Origin: a virus
IMG/VR virus record: IMGVR_UViG_3300045988_178965
Coordinates: 123,649-187,648 of that record
Length of the DNA stretch: 64,000 nt
Reading direction: 5' to 3' (one strand)
The translations under genes were made by a program, and so were the position numbers. The first letter of the stretch is position 1, and every line of letters begins with the position of its first letter. This document shows positions 17,556 to 25,708 of this stretch, in pieces. Under the pieces are notes generated by a model. The model was not told the origin of the DNA and made no database searches. It saw nothing but the letters and a program-made list of their open reading frames with translations.

Positions 17556-17777
17556 CTATTGTTTCTTGTGCTTTCCTGTGATTAATAATCCTACTGCAGC
17601 AATACTGAAGATAGGGAACAATACTGGCCACATTAAACATCCTAGGAAAGCAAACAGTATAACCATAAACTTTTCAAAGGGTTCACTTCCAGATAAATCA
17701 ATGTCTTTGACTCGTATCACAAAACATAGAGCCAAAAAGATTACGCAGCCAATTAAAATGATAAACAATGGGTCCAT
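17556..17777 (-). CDS. small membrane protein
   Basis: ATG preceded by AGGAG. Two hydrophobic helices. Confidence 0.6.
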   Translation of the reverse strand: MDPLFIILIGCVIFLALCFVIRVKDIDLSGSEPFEKFMVILFAFLGCLMWPVLFPIFSIAAVGLLITGKHKKQ

Positions 17778-17805
17778 TTTGATCTCCTAAAAATTTAATA
17801 TTCAT

Positions 17806-17827
17806 TTTACCGACAATTTGCCGACAC
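17806..17827 (-). repeat. GTGTCGG element, copy 3 (two direct half-sites, no hairpin)
   Basis: Plus strand TTTTACCGACAATTTGCCGACAC, immediately after the stop at 17828. CCGACA occurs twice in direct orientation, with no complementary arm. Confidence 0.5.
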
Positions 17828-18076
17828 TTAATCTCTTATGATTTTCTTAATTCCAAATACCAGTGGCTTAAATAAGCCATATGAAATGATCACAGTAAGT
17901 AATACCGGCCAAGCTACAGAAGCCAACATAGACAACCAGATATATTTTTCGATCAGGTCTTCAACATCTTCGCAGCCTTCTTTATTCGCTAATCCATTTT
18001 TATAGGAAACAATAAGTATCCCAATGAAAACAACAAATAAAATAGCTACGATCAGCAGATATATTTTTAAAGCCAT
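17828..18076 (-). CDS. small membrane protein
   Basis: ATG 18076 preceded by AAGG. Two TM-like segments. Confidence 0.6.
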   Translation of the reverse strand: MALKIYLLIVAILFVVFIGILIVSYKNGLANKEGCEDVEDLIEKYIWLSMLASVAWPVLLTVIISYGLFKPLVFGIKKIIRD

Positions 18077-18278
18077 TTTATGTACCTTATTTTAATCTCC
18101 GTTAATAATGAATGCCTGCGTTTATACTCCGCAGGCAAGAGTCAGACACATTCACAGGAGCAGGTCGTCATCCCAAGTCAGGAATAGCATTTCAGCTACT
18201 AGCCTTTGTGACTAAATCATCGGCTCCATTCAACATCTAGTGTTGAATCATACTAGGAAGGAGCTTTTATTACTCCAT

Positions 18279-18309
18279 AAATAAACCGACACCAATATAA
18301 TGGCGTCGG
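18279..18309 (-). terminator. GTGTCGGT/U-tract hairpin element, copy 4
   Basis: ccgacacc (18286-18293) / ggcgtcgg (18302-18309). The one A.C in the plus sense is G.U in the minus sense. It follows the stop at 18324. The minus-sense tail is TTTATTTAT. Confidence 0.6.
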
Positions 18310-18323
18310 CTATATTTAAGGTT

Positions 18324-18602
18324 TTAGTAAAGTGAGAATTTTTCGATCAAATAGACCACAAACTTTCCAGTATGGATCGTTGCAATATGGCCTAAAATGA
18401 CGGAAATAACAAACAATAGTACATTAAACGGCCCATTGTTTCTCAATTTGGAAAAAGCTTTGATGTTGAAAACGCTTTTATGCAAATTCGAAAGAATGAA
18501 ACCGATATATACAGCCAGGAAAATAACATACAGTATGCCTGTGGGGTTATTCACTACGGCATTGTAAATGAAATAATCCCATATATTTGTAAAAACAAAC
18601 AT
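18324..18602 (-). CDS. small membrane protein
   Basis: ATG 18602 preceded by AAGGA. Hydrophobic throughout. Confidence 0.6.
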   Translation of the reverse strand: MFVFTNIWDYFIYNAVVNNPTGILYVIFLAVYIGFILSNLHKSVFNIKAFSKLRNNGPFNVLLFVISVILGHIATIHTGKFVVYLIEKFSLY

Positions 18603-18623
18603 GATAAATCCTTATTAGTTGTC

Positions 18624-18788
18624 TTATGACCTAATTTTAGCAATTAAATCGTTGACTAAACAGAAAACAATAACCGGCAAATTCAGAATAAAGGCAATAA
18701 GAACATAAAAAATAGTACACACGATAATTACTAAAAATACCGGTATAAACGCCAATAATTGAGCAAAGCCAAGCAGGAAGTTCATCAT
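18624..18788 (-). CDS. small membrane protein (54 aa)
   Basis: The track start at 18824 is TTG, inside the upstream gene. ATG 18788 follows GAAGGAA and lies after the upstream stop (18794). Confidence 0.55.
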   Translation of the reverse strand: MMNFLLGFAQLLAFIPVFLVIIVCTIFYVLIAFILNLPVIVFCLVNDLIAKIRS

Positions 18789-18793
18789 AGGGG

Positions 18794-19252
18794 CTATTCC
18801 TTCACAATAATACCATTTCGGCAAATATTTATTTCTACGCCTTCTACAATTTTAGGTGTATAAATGCCTACATACAGTCGACCTTGGAAGTTTCGTACCC
18901 AAGATACAATATATTTCGTTTTAGGAGACATAAACGTATACCGAATATAAGGATCACCATTATTATCCGACACTCTATCAATATGCAACGGGACTTTAAA
19001 ATTCTGCTCAAGATCAGATAAGAACCAATTCAGATTGCCATAAAGAGTTTTGGCATCATAGTTCTTAGAAGCATATTCCATAATAGAATCAAAAATAGGG
19101 TTGCCGCGGAGAGATTTGATATAATCCGCATTGGACAATTCATCAATAAAATTCTCAATAGCGGAAATATATTCTTTACCTACACCAGAGCTCCAGTCAA
19201 TAGGCTTAGAATTAGGGTCGAACATGGTAGAAAACAAGTTTAAAGGAATCAT
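18794..19252 (-). CDS. hypothetical protein
   Basis: ATG 19252 preceded by GGAGG. 152 aa, soluble. Confidence 0.65.
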   Translation of the reverse strand: MIPLNLFSTMFDPNSKPIDWSSGVGKEYISAIENFIDELSNADYIKSLRGNPIFDSIMEYASKNYDAKTLYGNLNWFLSDLEQNFKVPLHIDRVSDNNGDPYIRYTFMSPKTKYIVSWVRNFQGRLYVGIYTPKIVEGVEINICRNGIIVKE

Positions 19253-19304
19253 TTAAAGCCTCCATAGGGCCTTATATAAAGACCCTATAACTTATTATTT
19301 GTAA

Positions 19305-19580
19305 TTACTGCAAATGAACTTCTTCGCCATCACATTCTACACACTCTTCGTCATTACTACCAAACGAAGAGAATAATGATGTAACAGCAGGTGTAATAAT
19401 CCAGATACAGCCAATAAATATTGCAAGTCCAGTAACTAAGGATGCAAATGTAGAGTTGTAGATAAAGCAAATTAAGGAAATACCTAATACTGCGCAAACC
19501 TTAAATATTGAAAGGCGCCCCTGTTGATTGTAGAACAGACGCGCCGCAATAAGATTGAAACGAGATTTCAAAAAGCCCAT
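19305..19580 (-). CDS. small membrane protein with C-terminal CxxC
   Basis: ATG preceded by GGAG. Two TM-like segments, then DEECVECDGEEVHLQ. Confidence 0.6.
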   Translation of the reverse strand: MGFLKSRFNLIAARLFYNQQGRLSIFKVCAVLGISLICFIYNSTFASLVTGLAIFIGCIWIITPAVTSLFSSFGSNDEECVECDGEEVHLQ

Positions 19581-19718
19581 AATATAGCTCCAAATGTAAT
19601 AACTGTAATCAATTTTAGCTATTTAAATACAAATAACAATAGCAAAAAATGATATAAATATAAATGCCCGCGTAATAAGCCTTTAAATAATAGCACTTTA
19701 CAACGGGCCTTTTAATTA

Positions 19719-20060
19719 TTAGATATATTCGTATTTAGAATACAATTTCTTGAACATATCACCAATCGGCCATTGAGCAGGATGATAGACCCATTTCTTA
19801 TTTTCATACTTTTTATAGCCAATCAGTTTCTTCATAATGAACAAAGAACAGCCGAAAATAAGGCCGGTAGCAGCACCAATCACAAAACCAGACATTGTTC
19901 CCGAAACGCCACAAGCAAGGCCAATTAACAAGGAAAAACAAAGGTCTACGTAAGCTTCATAGCCTAAAACCTTATACAAAAGCTCCACATTAGTCTTGGC
20001 CAAGATAGACAATATAGCCAAAGAAGTAATAGCGGAGCCAAACAATATCATAGAAATCAT
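19719..20060 (-). CDS. membrane protein
   Basis: The track start at 20102 is a TTG that reads through repeat copy 5. ATG 20060 is preceded by GGAG. Glycine-rich TM segments. Confidence 0.6.
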   Translation of the reverse strand: MISMILFGSAITSLAILSILAKTNVELLYKVLGYEAYVDLCFSLLIGLACGVSGTMSGFVIGAATGLIFGCSLFIMKKLIGYKKYENKKWVYHPAQWPIGDMFKKLYSKYEYI

Positions 20061-20087
20061 GATAACTCCATATATAATATTTACCAC

Positions 20088-20109
20088 AAAAAACCGACAC
20101 AATATCGAT
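20088..20109 (-). terminator. GTGTCGGT/U-tract element, copy 5 (weak 5-bp hairpin)
   Basis: Plus strand TTACCACAAAAAAACCGACACaatatcgat. The extended match TTACCACAAAANAACCGACAC is shared with copy 6. Confidence 0.5.
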
Positions 20110-20151
20110 TTTATAAATATTCAAAAACTAGTAGCGTAAGAGCTAAAAGAA

Positions 20152-20165
20152 GGGCCCGCCGGCCC
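20152..20165. terminator. GC-rich hairpin with T-tracts on both sides
   Basis: gggcc-cgcc-ggccc. Minus sense is followed by TTCTTTT, plus sense by TTTACCTTTTATT. Confidence 0.45.
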
Positions 20166-20174
20166 CTTTACCTT

Positions 20175-20360
20175 TTATTGGCGTAAAAACCAAAAATAAA
20201 AAACTTCAAAAACAAAGATAGATGCAAAAATTAAACATCCATAAAAGCAAATACAAGCATAAAAAATACAACAACCAAAAAATAAACAACAAACCAAAAC
20301 AAAATAGAATAAACCATAATAAACAAATACACTCCCAAATATAAAATAGAACTTATACAT
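20175..20360 (-). CDS. doubtful F/Y/C-rich hydrophobic ORF
   Basis: The ORF lies in an A/C-rich, G-poor tract that continues beyond it, so the open frame may be purely compositional. A hairpin follows it. Confidence 0.25.
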   Translation of the reverse strand: MYKFYFIFGSVFVYYGLFYFVLVCCLFFGCCIFYACICFYGCLIFASIFVFEVFYFWFLRQ

Positions 20361-20856
20361 CTACATAATACAAAATAGAATCATGTACAAGTATAAATAC
20401 TAATACATCTGTACTTCAATACAATACAGATAAACTTAAATACGAACTGCATTACAATGTACTCTAATATAGACTACATTATATGAGTACGGTCTACATT
20501 ATTGTACAAGCAGAGACTAAATTATACTGAACTCTTCAATACGGACTGCATTACCTATATTGGCTAAATATACATCTTAATACCTATTTATAGGTCTGTG
20601 CACCTACAGGTACATTTTGACACCTGTATAGCCTACAAATAGACTCTGTGCACCTGGTAGTCCAGTCCATTAAAACCCTTGCAAATACTAGCCTTACGGC
20701 TATTGGTTGCATTCTTATTATTCTTAGTATACTTATATCTCTTATGTATTGTATTAGTATTATTTATGCTTTTAATCAATACAAGGACGCGCCCGTCCTG
20801 CCTATATTAACCGTCTATTGACGTCTATATTGACTGCTTATTAGCACTTTTACCAC

Positions 20857-20885
20857 AAAATAACCGACACTTTTCAGACGTCGGT
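20857..20885 (-). terminator. GTGTCGGT/U-tract hairpin element, copy 6
   Basis: Plus strand TACCACAAAATAACCGACacttttcagacGTCGGT. Lies in the ORF-free region. Confidence 0.55.
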
Positions 20886-21166
20886 ATCCGCTAAAGGAGA
20901 AAATGATACTTTAGGAATTATTCTCATTTAGGCCTGTTTTCTGCCTAAAACAGTCCATTTTTGCTGATATACACTGTATTTCTGCAAGAATTTAGCCATT
21001 TTACTACTGATTTTACTATATCATTTATTTCTGAACGAAAAACCTGTATCTATATAAATCAACAACTTAGATAACTTCGCTCCCTTAGCCATATAAAACA
21101 AAATTAATCACTCATTTATTCTTGAACGATATCAACAATTCAACCATTCAAAAGAATAAAATCATA

Positions 21167-21182
21167 AGAAAGGTACCGACAC
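21167..21182 (-). repeat. GTGTCGGT element, copy 7 (weak or no hairpin)
   Basis: Plus strand AGAAAGGTACCGACAC, in the ORF-free region downstream of the SSB-like gene. Confidence 0.4.
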
Positions 21183-21298
21183 AACACGTCAACCAGTCAA
21201 AAAAGACAAAAATACTGGTGCACAAATACATGCACACCAGCATTCAATGGACTATAGATTGATAGGGGCTCGCTTACGCTCGCCCGTATCAGACTCTA

Positions 21299-22687
21299 TT
21301 AGAACGGACCGTCTTCGTCGTCTGCTTGAGGTTTGGTTTCAGTAGGTTGGGCTTGACCACGACGTGGACGTTTGGTTTCTTTGGTTTGAGCAGGTTTCTC
21401 GCCTTCTACTTTAGCAGTATCAGAAAAGATATCTACATCACCCAAGTCCAGACCGTCAACGTTCAGAGCGTCCAAATCAACGTCTGCGGCAACAGTAGTA
21501 GAGCCGGTTTCATTACGGTTGATGATATAACCGTCCATAGTAACGCGTGCTGTAACTACCCATGGTTGACCAGTTTCGTCGTCTTCACGTGGGGTGCGGC
21601 TTTCGAAACCGAGGACGTTATTCTCGGTGAACATGATTTCATCGGCATTGCTGCTTACGAAATCGAATGCTTCGGCGCGAGTTTGTCCACGGCCATTGTT
21701 GCCATTGCTGTACATAACTGCACGTACAGTAACGTCATTACCACGGCTGTCTTTGAAGTTAACGAACTTACGGCAATATTGAGTCGGATTGGTACCTTCT
21801 GTTACTTGAACACCAGCCAGATAGCCATCATGCAATTCGTCTTGCTCCAGGTTTGTCATTTCAGCTTGACCAGTAATAGTCAGACAGAAGTTAGGGGCAA
21901 TACGGCCATATGCACGTGGGGTAGTGCGGACATCAATTTGTTTGCCGTTGCTGGTGGTTTTGTAACTTGCTGCTGCAATCGGTACAATGCAAGGGCTCAG
22001 GCCATTTGCACCAACGTAGATTACAGTAGAAGTCGCAATTGCACCTGCGTCAACCAAGCGTTTGATTTCGGCTTTGTAACCTGCAACGATTTTGGCCATC
22101 ATTTCAGACAGCTGTTGTTCGTTATAGGTTGCGCGTTCACCGTTCTTTTCATAGGCGGTAACGATGCCTTTATCGTGGCTGACGAACGCAGAGCCGGACA
22201 GCAATGCTTCATAACCTTTGGTCAGGCTCAAAGCCTTCAACGCCAGGCCATTTGCCTTCTCATACCATTCGGAACCAAATGCTGGACCTACAGGAACAGG
22301 GAAGTTTGCCAATTTGCCATTTTGAATGCTCAAACCATTGAAGCCTGCATCCAGGAATTCCATAGCATTTGCATTGCTATTACGGACAGACGCAACGATT
22401 TGGTTAGTAGTCATACCTTCAACGTATTGCACACCGTCGTCGGCATTAGTAGCAACCCAGCAGGCACGGCCATTACTACGGCTCATTGGGGTATTTGCAA
22501 TCATGTGCACCAGTTTGTACACGGAAATGCGGTAACCCAGGGCTTCATTCTCGTCTTGGCGAGCGTCCAATACATAGAATGTACGGCGAGATGCTGCCAT
22601 TGGTGTTGCAACCTGACCGCTAACGCTGTGGAATTTGTTACGGCCAGTGTTCAGGGCGCCAGTGTCGATTTGATTCAGTTCGTTCAT
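21299..22687 (-). CDS. abundant DNA-metabolism protein, SSB-like (disordered linker + acidic ...DDEDGPF tip)
   Basis: The tail ...KRPRRGQAQPTETKPQADDEDGPF resembles SSB tips (E. coli ...DDDIPF; T7 gp2.5 acidic tail ending in F). Strong codon bias and visibly higher G+C leave the antisense frame open (21326..22711), as in the capsid genes. The ~400-aa globular part is unrecognised. Confidence 0.4.
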   Translation of the reverse strand: MNELNQIDTGALNTGRNKFHSVSGQVATPMAASRRTFYVLDARQDENEALGYRISVYKLVHMIANTPMSRSNGRACWVATNADDGVQYVEGMTTNQIVASVRNSNANAMEFLDAGFNGLSIQNGKLANFPVPVGPAFGSEWYEKANGLALKALSLTKGYEALLSGSAFVSHDKGIVTAYEKNGERATYNEQQLSEMMAKIVAGYKAEIKRLVDAGAIATSTVIYVGANGLSPCIVPIAAASYKTTSNGKQIDVRTTPRAYGRIAPNFCLTITGQAEMTNLEQDELHDGYLAGVQVTEGTNPTQYCRKFVNFKDSRGNDVTVRAVMYSNGNNGRGQTRAEAFDFVSSNADEIMFTENNVLGFESRTPREDDETGQPWVVTARVTMDGYIINRNETGSTTVAADVDLDALNVDGLDLGDVDIFSDTAKVEGEKPAQTKETKRPRRGQAQPTETKPQADDEDGPF

Positions 22688-22787
22688 GATGATTTTTCCT
22701 TTTTAGGTTGATTGAAATAAAAGATTCTTTCGGTCAAGATTCAGACCATAGAGCTGTTTTGGATTGAGGTCAGCTCTGTTACCTCAT

Positions 22788-22820
22788 AAAAATACCGACA
22801 CGACAATTTCTGCCGCGCCG
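22788..22820 (-). terminator. GTGTCGGT/U-tract hairpin element, copy 8
   Basis: cgacacgaca (22796-22805) / tgccgcgccg (22811-22820). 10 bp with three A.C in the plus sense, all G.U in the minus sense. Lies between the 22829 stop and the 22687 start. Confidence 0.6.
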
Positions 22821-22828
22821 ATATCTTA

Positions 22829-23137
22829 TTATCTCACCTTAATATTTCGCAAATAGGAATCTGCAAAGTTTAGTGAGCGTTCAATGTAAGCTACACTAGG
22901 ATTATTTAGCGCAGTTACATTATTCAGGCTATCAGACAATATCAAGGCACCTGGATTAGACTGTTTAGCGAAAAGAATTGCTTCCAGTTCTGCCGTATTG
23001 TTATCTGATGCAAGAATAGTTTTATGACCATTTACTGCCATATTCAGTGAGCAGTAACCAATTTTCCATCGATTGCCGCCCACTAAACGAGCGTCGCAGT
23101 AAATCTTATCAGGCTGCGGCCGCATTTGCTTCCTCAA
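22829..23137 (-). CDS. small RNase H-like protein
   Basis: IYCDARL (Asp), NNTAELEAILFA (compare RNase HI TNNRMEL) and LILSDSLN (Asp). Only ~100 aa, so the assignment is tentative. Confidence 0.45.
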   Translation of the reverse strand: MRKQMRPQPDKIYCDARLVGGNRWKIGYCSLNMAVNGHKTILASDNNTAELEAILFAKQSNPGALILSDSLNNVTALNNPSVAYIERSLNFADSYLRNIKVR

Positions 23138-24086
23138 TATGTTCTTTCATTGCACGCATAATTACACCTTCTTTAGACTTGCGTCCAAAGTCTTTGGTAG
23201 TTGCTGCGTCCAAGATAGACAGCATTTTACCTAAGGTATAACCGGCAATATCACGAACTGTGCCAAGAATCTTAATTACACCGCCATAGACGTACATAAC
23301 CAAACCTTTGGCCAAGTCCAATACGAACGAGCCGCCAGTTTTACAGCCAACCCAAATCTTATGGGTCCAGCCTTCTTTGTCTTCATCGTCAGTGTTCTTG
23401 ACAATATCAGACAGCAGTTTGCTGAATTTTGCGGATGTTTCTTCGTCAACACCCTCCAATCCTTCATAGAATTGGTTTGCCGCTTCATTCAACACGGCCT
23501 TTTCGGCGGTCAGTGTAGAAACACCAGTTGCGTCAGTAGTACGGTTGTATTTAACCAACGCAGTGAGGTATTCTCCCACATTCTTCAACAGCTCTGGGGT
23601 CACTTCGTCACCCTCAAATGCTAACATTTCGGACTTAATGTCCTCCACGGCGACATTGAACTTGTCGATGTTAGCGAATTTGGCTTCTGCACCGGCGATA
23701 ATTTGGGCGATTGTTTGGGTTTGGGTATTTTGAGTCATGATTTCATTTCCTTTAGCTAAAGTTTCAGATTGGGTTTCAGTTTTCACTTCGGTTTTGGACA
23801 ATTCTTCTGCCCGTTTGAATACAGACAGAGTAACAGGCCCAATTTGCTCCGGATTTTTGAGCTCGGTTCCAGAGATGGTGACCGTAACACCATTATTCTC
23901 AACAAAGCCTTTATGTGTGGCTTCACCTAAGACCGACATCCATAGAACAGCGGTCTCTGTAATTTTCTTTTCAACGGCATTTTTATGAACGCCGGTAAGT
24001 TTTTGATATTGAAGCTCCAATTTATGAAGCTCACCTTGCAATTGAAGCAGGACTTTCTTTGCCTGCTTTTGGTTTTTGATTTCCAT
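23109..24086 (-). CDS. hypothetical protein with N-terminal coiled coil
   Basis: The track start at 24155 is a TTG reading through hairpin copy 9. ATG 24086 is preceded by GGAG. The protein starts MEIKNQKQAKKVLLQLQGELHKLELQ. Confidence 0.6.
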   Translation of the reverse strand: MEIKNQKQAKKVLLQLQGELHKLELQYQKLTGVHKNAVEKKITETAVLWMSVLGEATHKGFVENNGVTVTISGTELKNPEQIGPVTLSVFKRAEELSKTEVKTETQSETLAKGNEIMTQNTQTQTIAQIIAGAEAKFANIDKFNVAVEDIKSEMLAFEGDEVTPELLKNVGEYLTALVKYNRTTDATGVSTLTAEKAVLNEAANQFYEGLEGVDEETSAKFSKLLSDIVKNTDDEDKEGWTHKIWVGCKTGGSFVLDLAKGLVMYVYGGVIKILGTVRDIAGYTLGKMLSILDAATTKDFGRKSKEGVIMRAMKEHIEEANAAAA

Positions 24087-24119
24087 TTCGGACTCCAATA
24101 AAGCAACATGCCTTTCCAC

Positions 24120-24152
24120 AAAAGAACCGACACCAAAACTAATCGGTGCCGG
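24120..24152 (-). terminator. GTGTCGGT/U-tract hairpin element, copy 9
   Basis: Plus strand CCACAAAAGAACCGACACC-aaaactaatc-GGTGCCGG. One A.C in the plus sense is G.U in the minus sense. Confidence 0.6.
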
Positions 24153-24162
24153 CAACTTTTAT

Positions 24163-24459
24163 TCAGATGAGCTCAAAGTAAGGGTCATAAGTAGTACCCT
24201 TATGGACATATTTTCCATCCTCGAGCTCATATACTGTAACGTTCTGCCCCATAGGAAGAGAAGTGTCACAAACATAGATTTTAGTAAAACCCAAAGAGCT
24301 CAAACTTTCGTCCATCTTTTTGTCAGACGAATGTTCGAACATGTCGATCCACTCTGCTTCTAATTTGCCGACGCTGGATTTCAATACGACAGTTTTGCCG
24401 TATGCCCAGTGGCGGATTTGTTTCAGAAAACGGTTGATAGAAGGGTTCTTTTTAGCCAT
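24163..24459 (-). CDS. hypothetical protein
   Basis: ATG 24459 is preceded by GGAGAT. The alternative ATG 24471 lacks an RBS. Confidence 0.6.
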   Translation of the reverse strand: MAKKNPSINRFLKQIRHWAYGKTVVLKSSVGKLEAEWIDMFEHSSDKKMDESLSSLGFTKIYVCDTSLPMGQNVTVYELEDGKYVHKGTTYDPYFELI

Positions 24460-24496
24460 GATTATCTCCATAAAAGGCTGTTAAAATGTTTACCGC

Positions 24497-24525
24497 AAAA
24501 GAACCGACACTAATTATATCGGTTC
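24497..24525 (-). terminator. GTGTCGGT/U-tract hairpin element, copy 10
   Basis: Plus strand TACCGCAAAAGAACCGAcactaattataTCGGTTC (7-bp stem). Confidence 0.6.
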
Positions 24526-24573
24526 AGATACTAGGGTTTAAACCAAGTTACTATTGGCCTTAATTAAAAAACA

Positions 24574-24603
24574 AAATGACCGACACCTCCTCAGATGCCG
24601 GCC
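24574..24603 (-). terminator. GTGTCGGT/U-tract hairpin element, copy 11
   Basis: gaccgaca (24578-) / tgccggcc (-24603). 8 bp with two G.U in the minus sense. It follows the stop at 24612. Confidence 0.6.
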
Positions 24604-24611
24604 ACTACAAA

Positions 24612-24977
24612 TTATTCAATACCAATCAGGTCTTTTGCGAGCTCATTCAGCTCTTTGTCAGATTCATTCATACGAACCATGAATAGACGTAAAGCTGGTG
24701 CAACTGTCAATACAAAGTTCATGATTGTATTGAACTTAGAGGTCCAAACGCGGATTGCTTTGCACGCCCAATCTTTGTTAATTTCGATTGAGACTTCAGC
24801 GCTACCATCTTCATTACCGGATTTCTCCCAATACAGGGTATCCTTGTTGATTTTGGTAGGATTTTTGCCGCTAATGCCTACCATGCTGTTGAATTCGCCC
24901 TCACGAGCAAAATACTCTGCGCCGGCTTCTTGCAAGGCTTTAACTTCTTTCTTAGCAAATTCGATTTTGATTTTCAT
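24612..24977 (-). CDS. hypothetical protein
   Basis: 121-aa ORF. The antisense 24595..24996 ORF is rejected. Confidence 0.6.
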   Translation of the reverse strand: MKIKIEFAKKEVKALQEAGAEYFAREGEFNSMVGISGKNPTKINKDTLYWEKSGNEDGSAEVSIEINKDWACKAIRVWTSKFNTIMNFVLTVAPALRLFMVRMNESDKELNELAKDLIGIE

Positions 24978-25015
24978 ACAATTTCCTTTATATTAGTGAT
25001 TGGGGTTATTCCCAT

Positions 25016-25042
25016 AAAAAGACCGACACAAAAATATCGGCC
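25016..25042 (-). terminator. GTGTCGGT/U-tract hairpin element, copy 12
   Basis: Plus strand AAAAAGACCGAcacaaaaataTCGGCC. One G.U in the minus sense. Confidence 0.6.
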
Positions 25043-25049
25043 CCTTAGG

Positions 25050-25364
25050 TTACAAAATTTCTACCTCAACATCATGAGCTAGAAACGGCATATTCTGTTT
25101 GGCAATCAAGATTGGATTTTGGCCTTCTGTCACATAAATCACATCAGACTCTGTTCGGCCATCAATTAATTCATATGTCACATAATATTGCCAGTCTTGA
25201 CCAATATGGAATGTTGCAACAACTTCACCATTAGAATAGGCCTTTACCATTGCGGCCTCATCCTCTGAGAACTCTATCTCTTTCTTGATCGCATCGATGT
25301 CGAGGCTGGAAACTTCATATTCCTCGTTAAAGAGATTACTTCCAAATACCTTAATGCTATACAT
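25050..25364 (-). CDS. hypothetical protein
   Basis: 104-aa ORF bounded by repeat copies 12 and 13. Confidence 0.6.
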   Translation of the reverse strand: MYSIKVFGSNLFNEEYEVSSLDIDAIKKEIEFSEDEAAMVKAYSNGEVVATFHIGQDWQYYVTYELIDGRTESDVIYVTEGQNPILIAKQNMPFLAHDVEVEIL

Positions 25365-25393
25365 TTTGGATTACTCCATTTATTTATATCGTT

Positions 25394-25406
25394 AAAATAC
25401 CGACAC
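25394..25406 (-). repeat. GTGTCGGT element, copy 13 (no clear hairpin)
   Basis: Plus strand AAAATACCGACAC, ~30 nt upstream of the 25364 start. Confidence 0.45.
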
Positions 25407-25604
25407 AAAAACCGTTGATGTTATGCAACCTATATTCAATACGGAGTTTATAAATGTCCTAGCGTATTTATATGCGTGGTTGCAACATGTTGATACCCTG
25501 TTACCTGTCCAGCGGGTGAAAAAAGGTGGGCCGCCACTGTATTGTAAAAACAACAAAGTAGGGCCCAAAGTTTTTATGGAGGTAAAAAGGATTCAAATGT
25601 TTCC

Positions 25605-25647
25605 AAAAAGAAACCGATACCAAGTGCAACAACGCTCAAGGTATCGG
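25605..25647 (-). terminator. variant hairpin element, copy 14 (CCGATACC)
   Basis: AAAAAGAAA-ccgatacc (25614-25621) / ggtatcgg (25640-25647). Perfect 8-bp stem with an 18-nt loop. Confidence 0.5.
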
Positions 25648-25677
25648 CAAAACTTACAGGGAAATCATATATGTCAT

Positions 25678-25708
25678 AAAATAACCGACATCCTTTTACA
25701 GATGCCGG
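25678..25708 (-). terminator. variant hairpin element, copy 15 (CCGACATC)
   Basis: ccgacatc (25685-25692) / gatgccgg (25701-25708). One G.U in the minus sense. It follows the stop at 25721. Confidence 0.55.

Noticed and set aside
20175-20360. Treating the F/Y/C-rich 61-aa ORF as a confident gene
   Set aside because: The A/C-rich, G-poor composition extends ~100 nt beyond the ORF, so an open frame is expected by composition alone. It is kept only as a low-confidence feature.
21326-22711. 461-aa plus-strand ORF
   Set aside because: It is the exact antisense of the codon-biased SSB-like gene. It has low-complexity Cys/Phe/Thr-rich content and no RBS. The open frame is a by-product of the sense-strand codon bias.
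24086-24155. N-terminal extensions given by the ORF track at 24155, 20102, 26148, 25990, 30080, 30505, 15987, 18824, 53297 and 5238
   Set aside because: Many of these track starts are TTG or GTG codons (24155, 20102, 18824, 5238). Several of the extensions read through the intergenic hairpin elements or terminators (24155, 20102, 26148, 53297). In each case an internal ATG with a good Shine-Dalgarno sequence is available and respects the upstream stop.
24595-24996. 133-aa plus-strand ORF
   Set aside because: It is antisense to the 24612..24977 gene inside a uniformly leftward block. Its start lies within hairpin copy 11.
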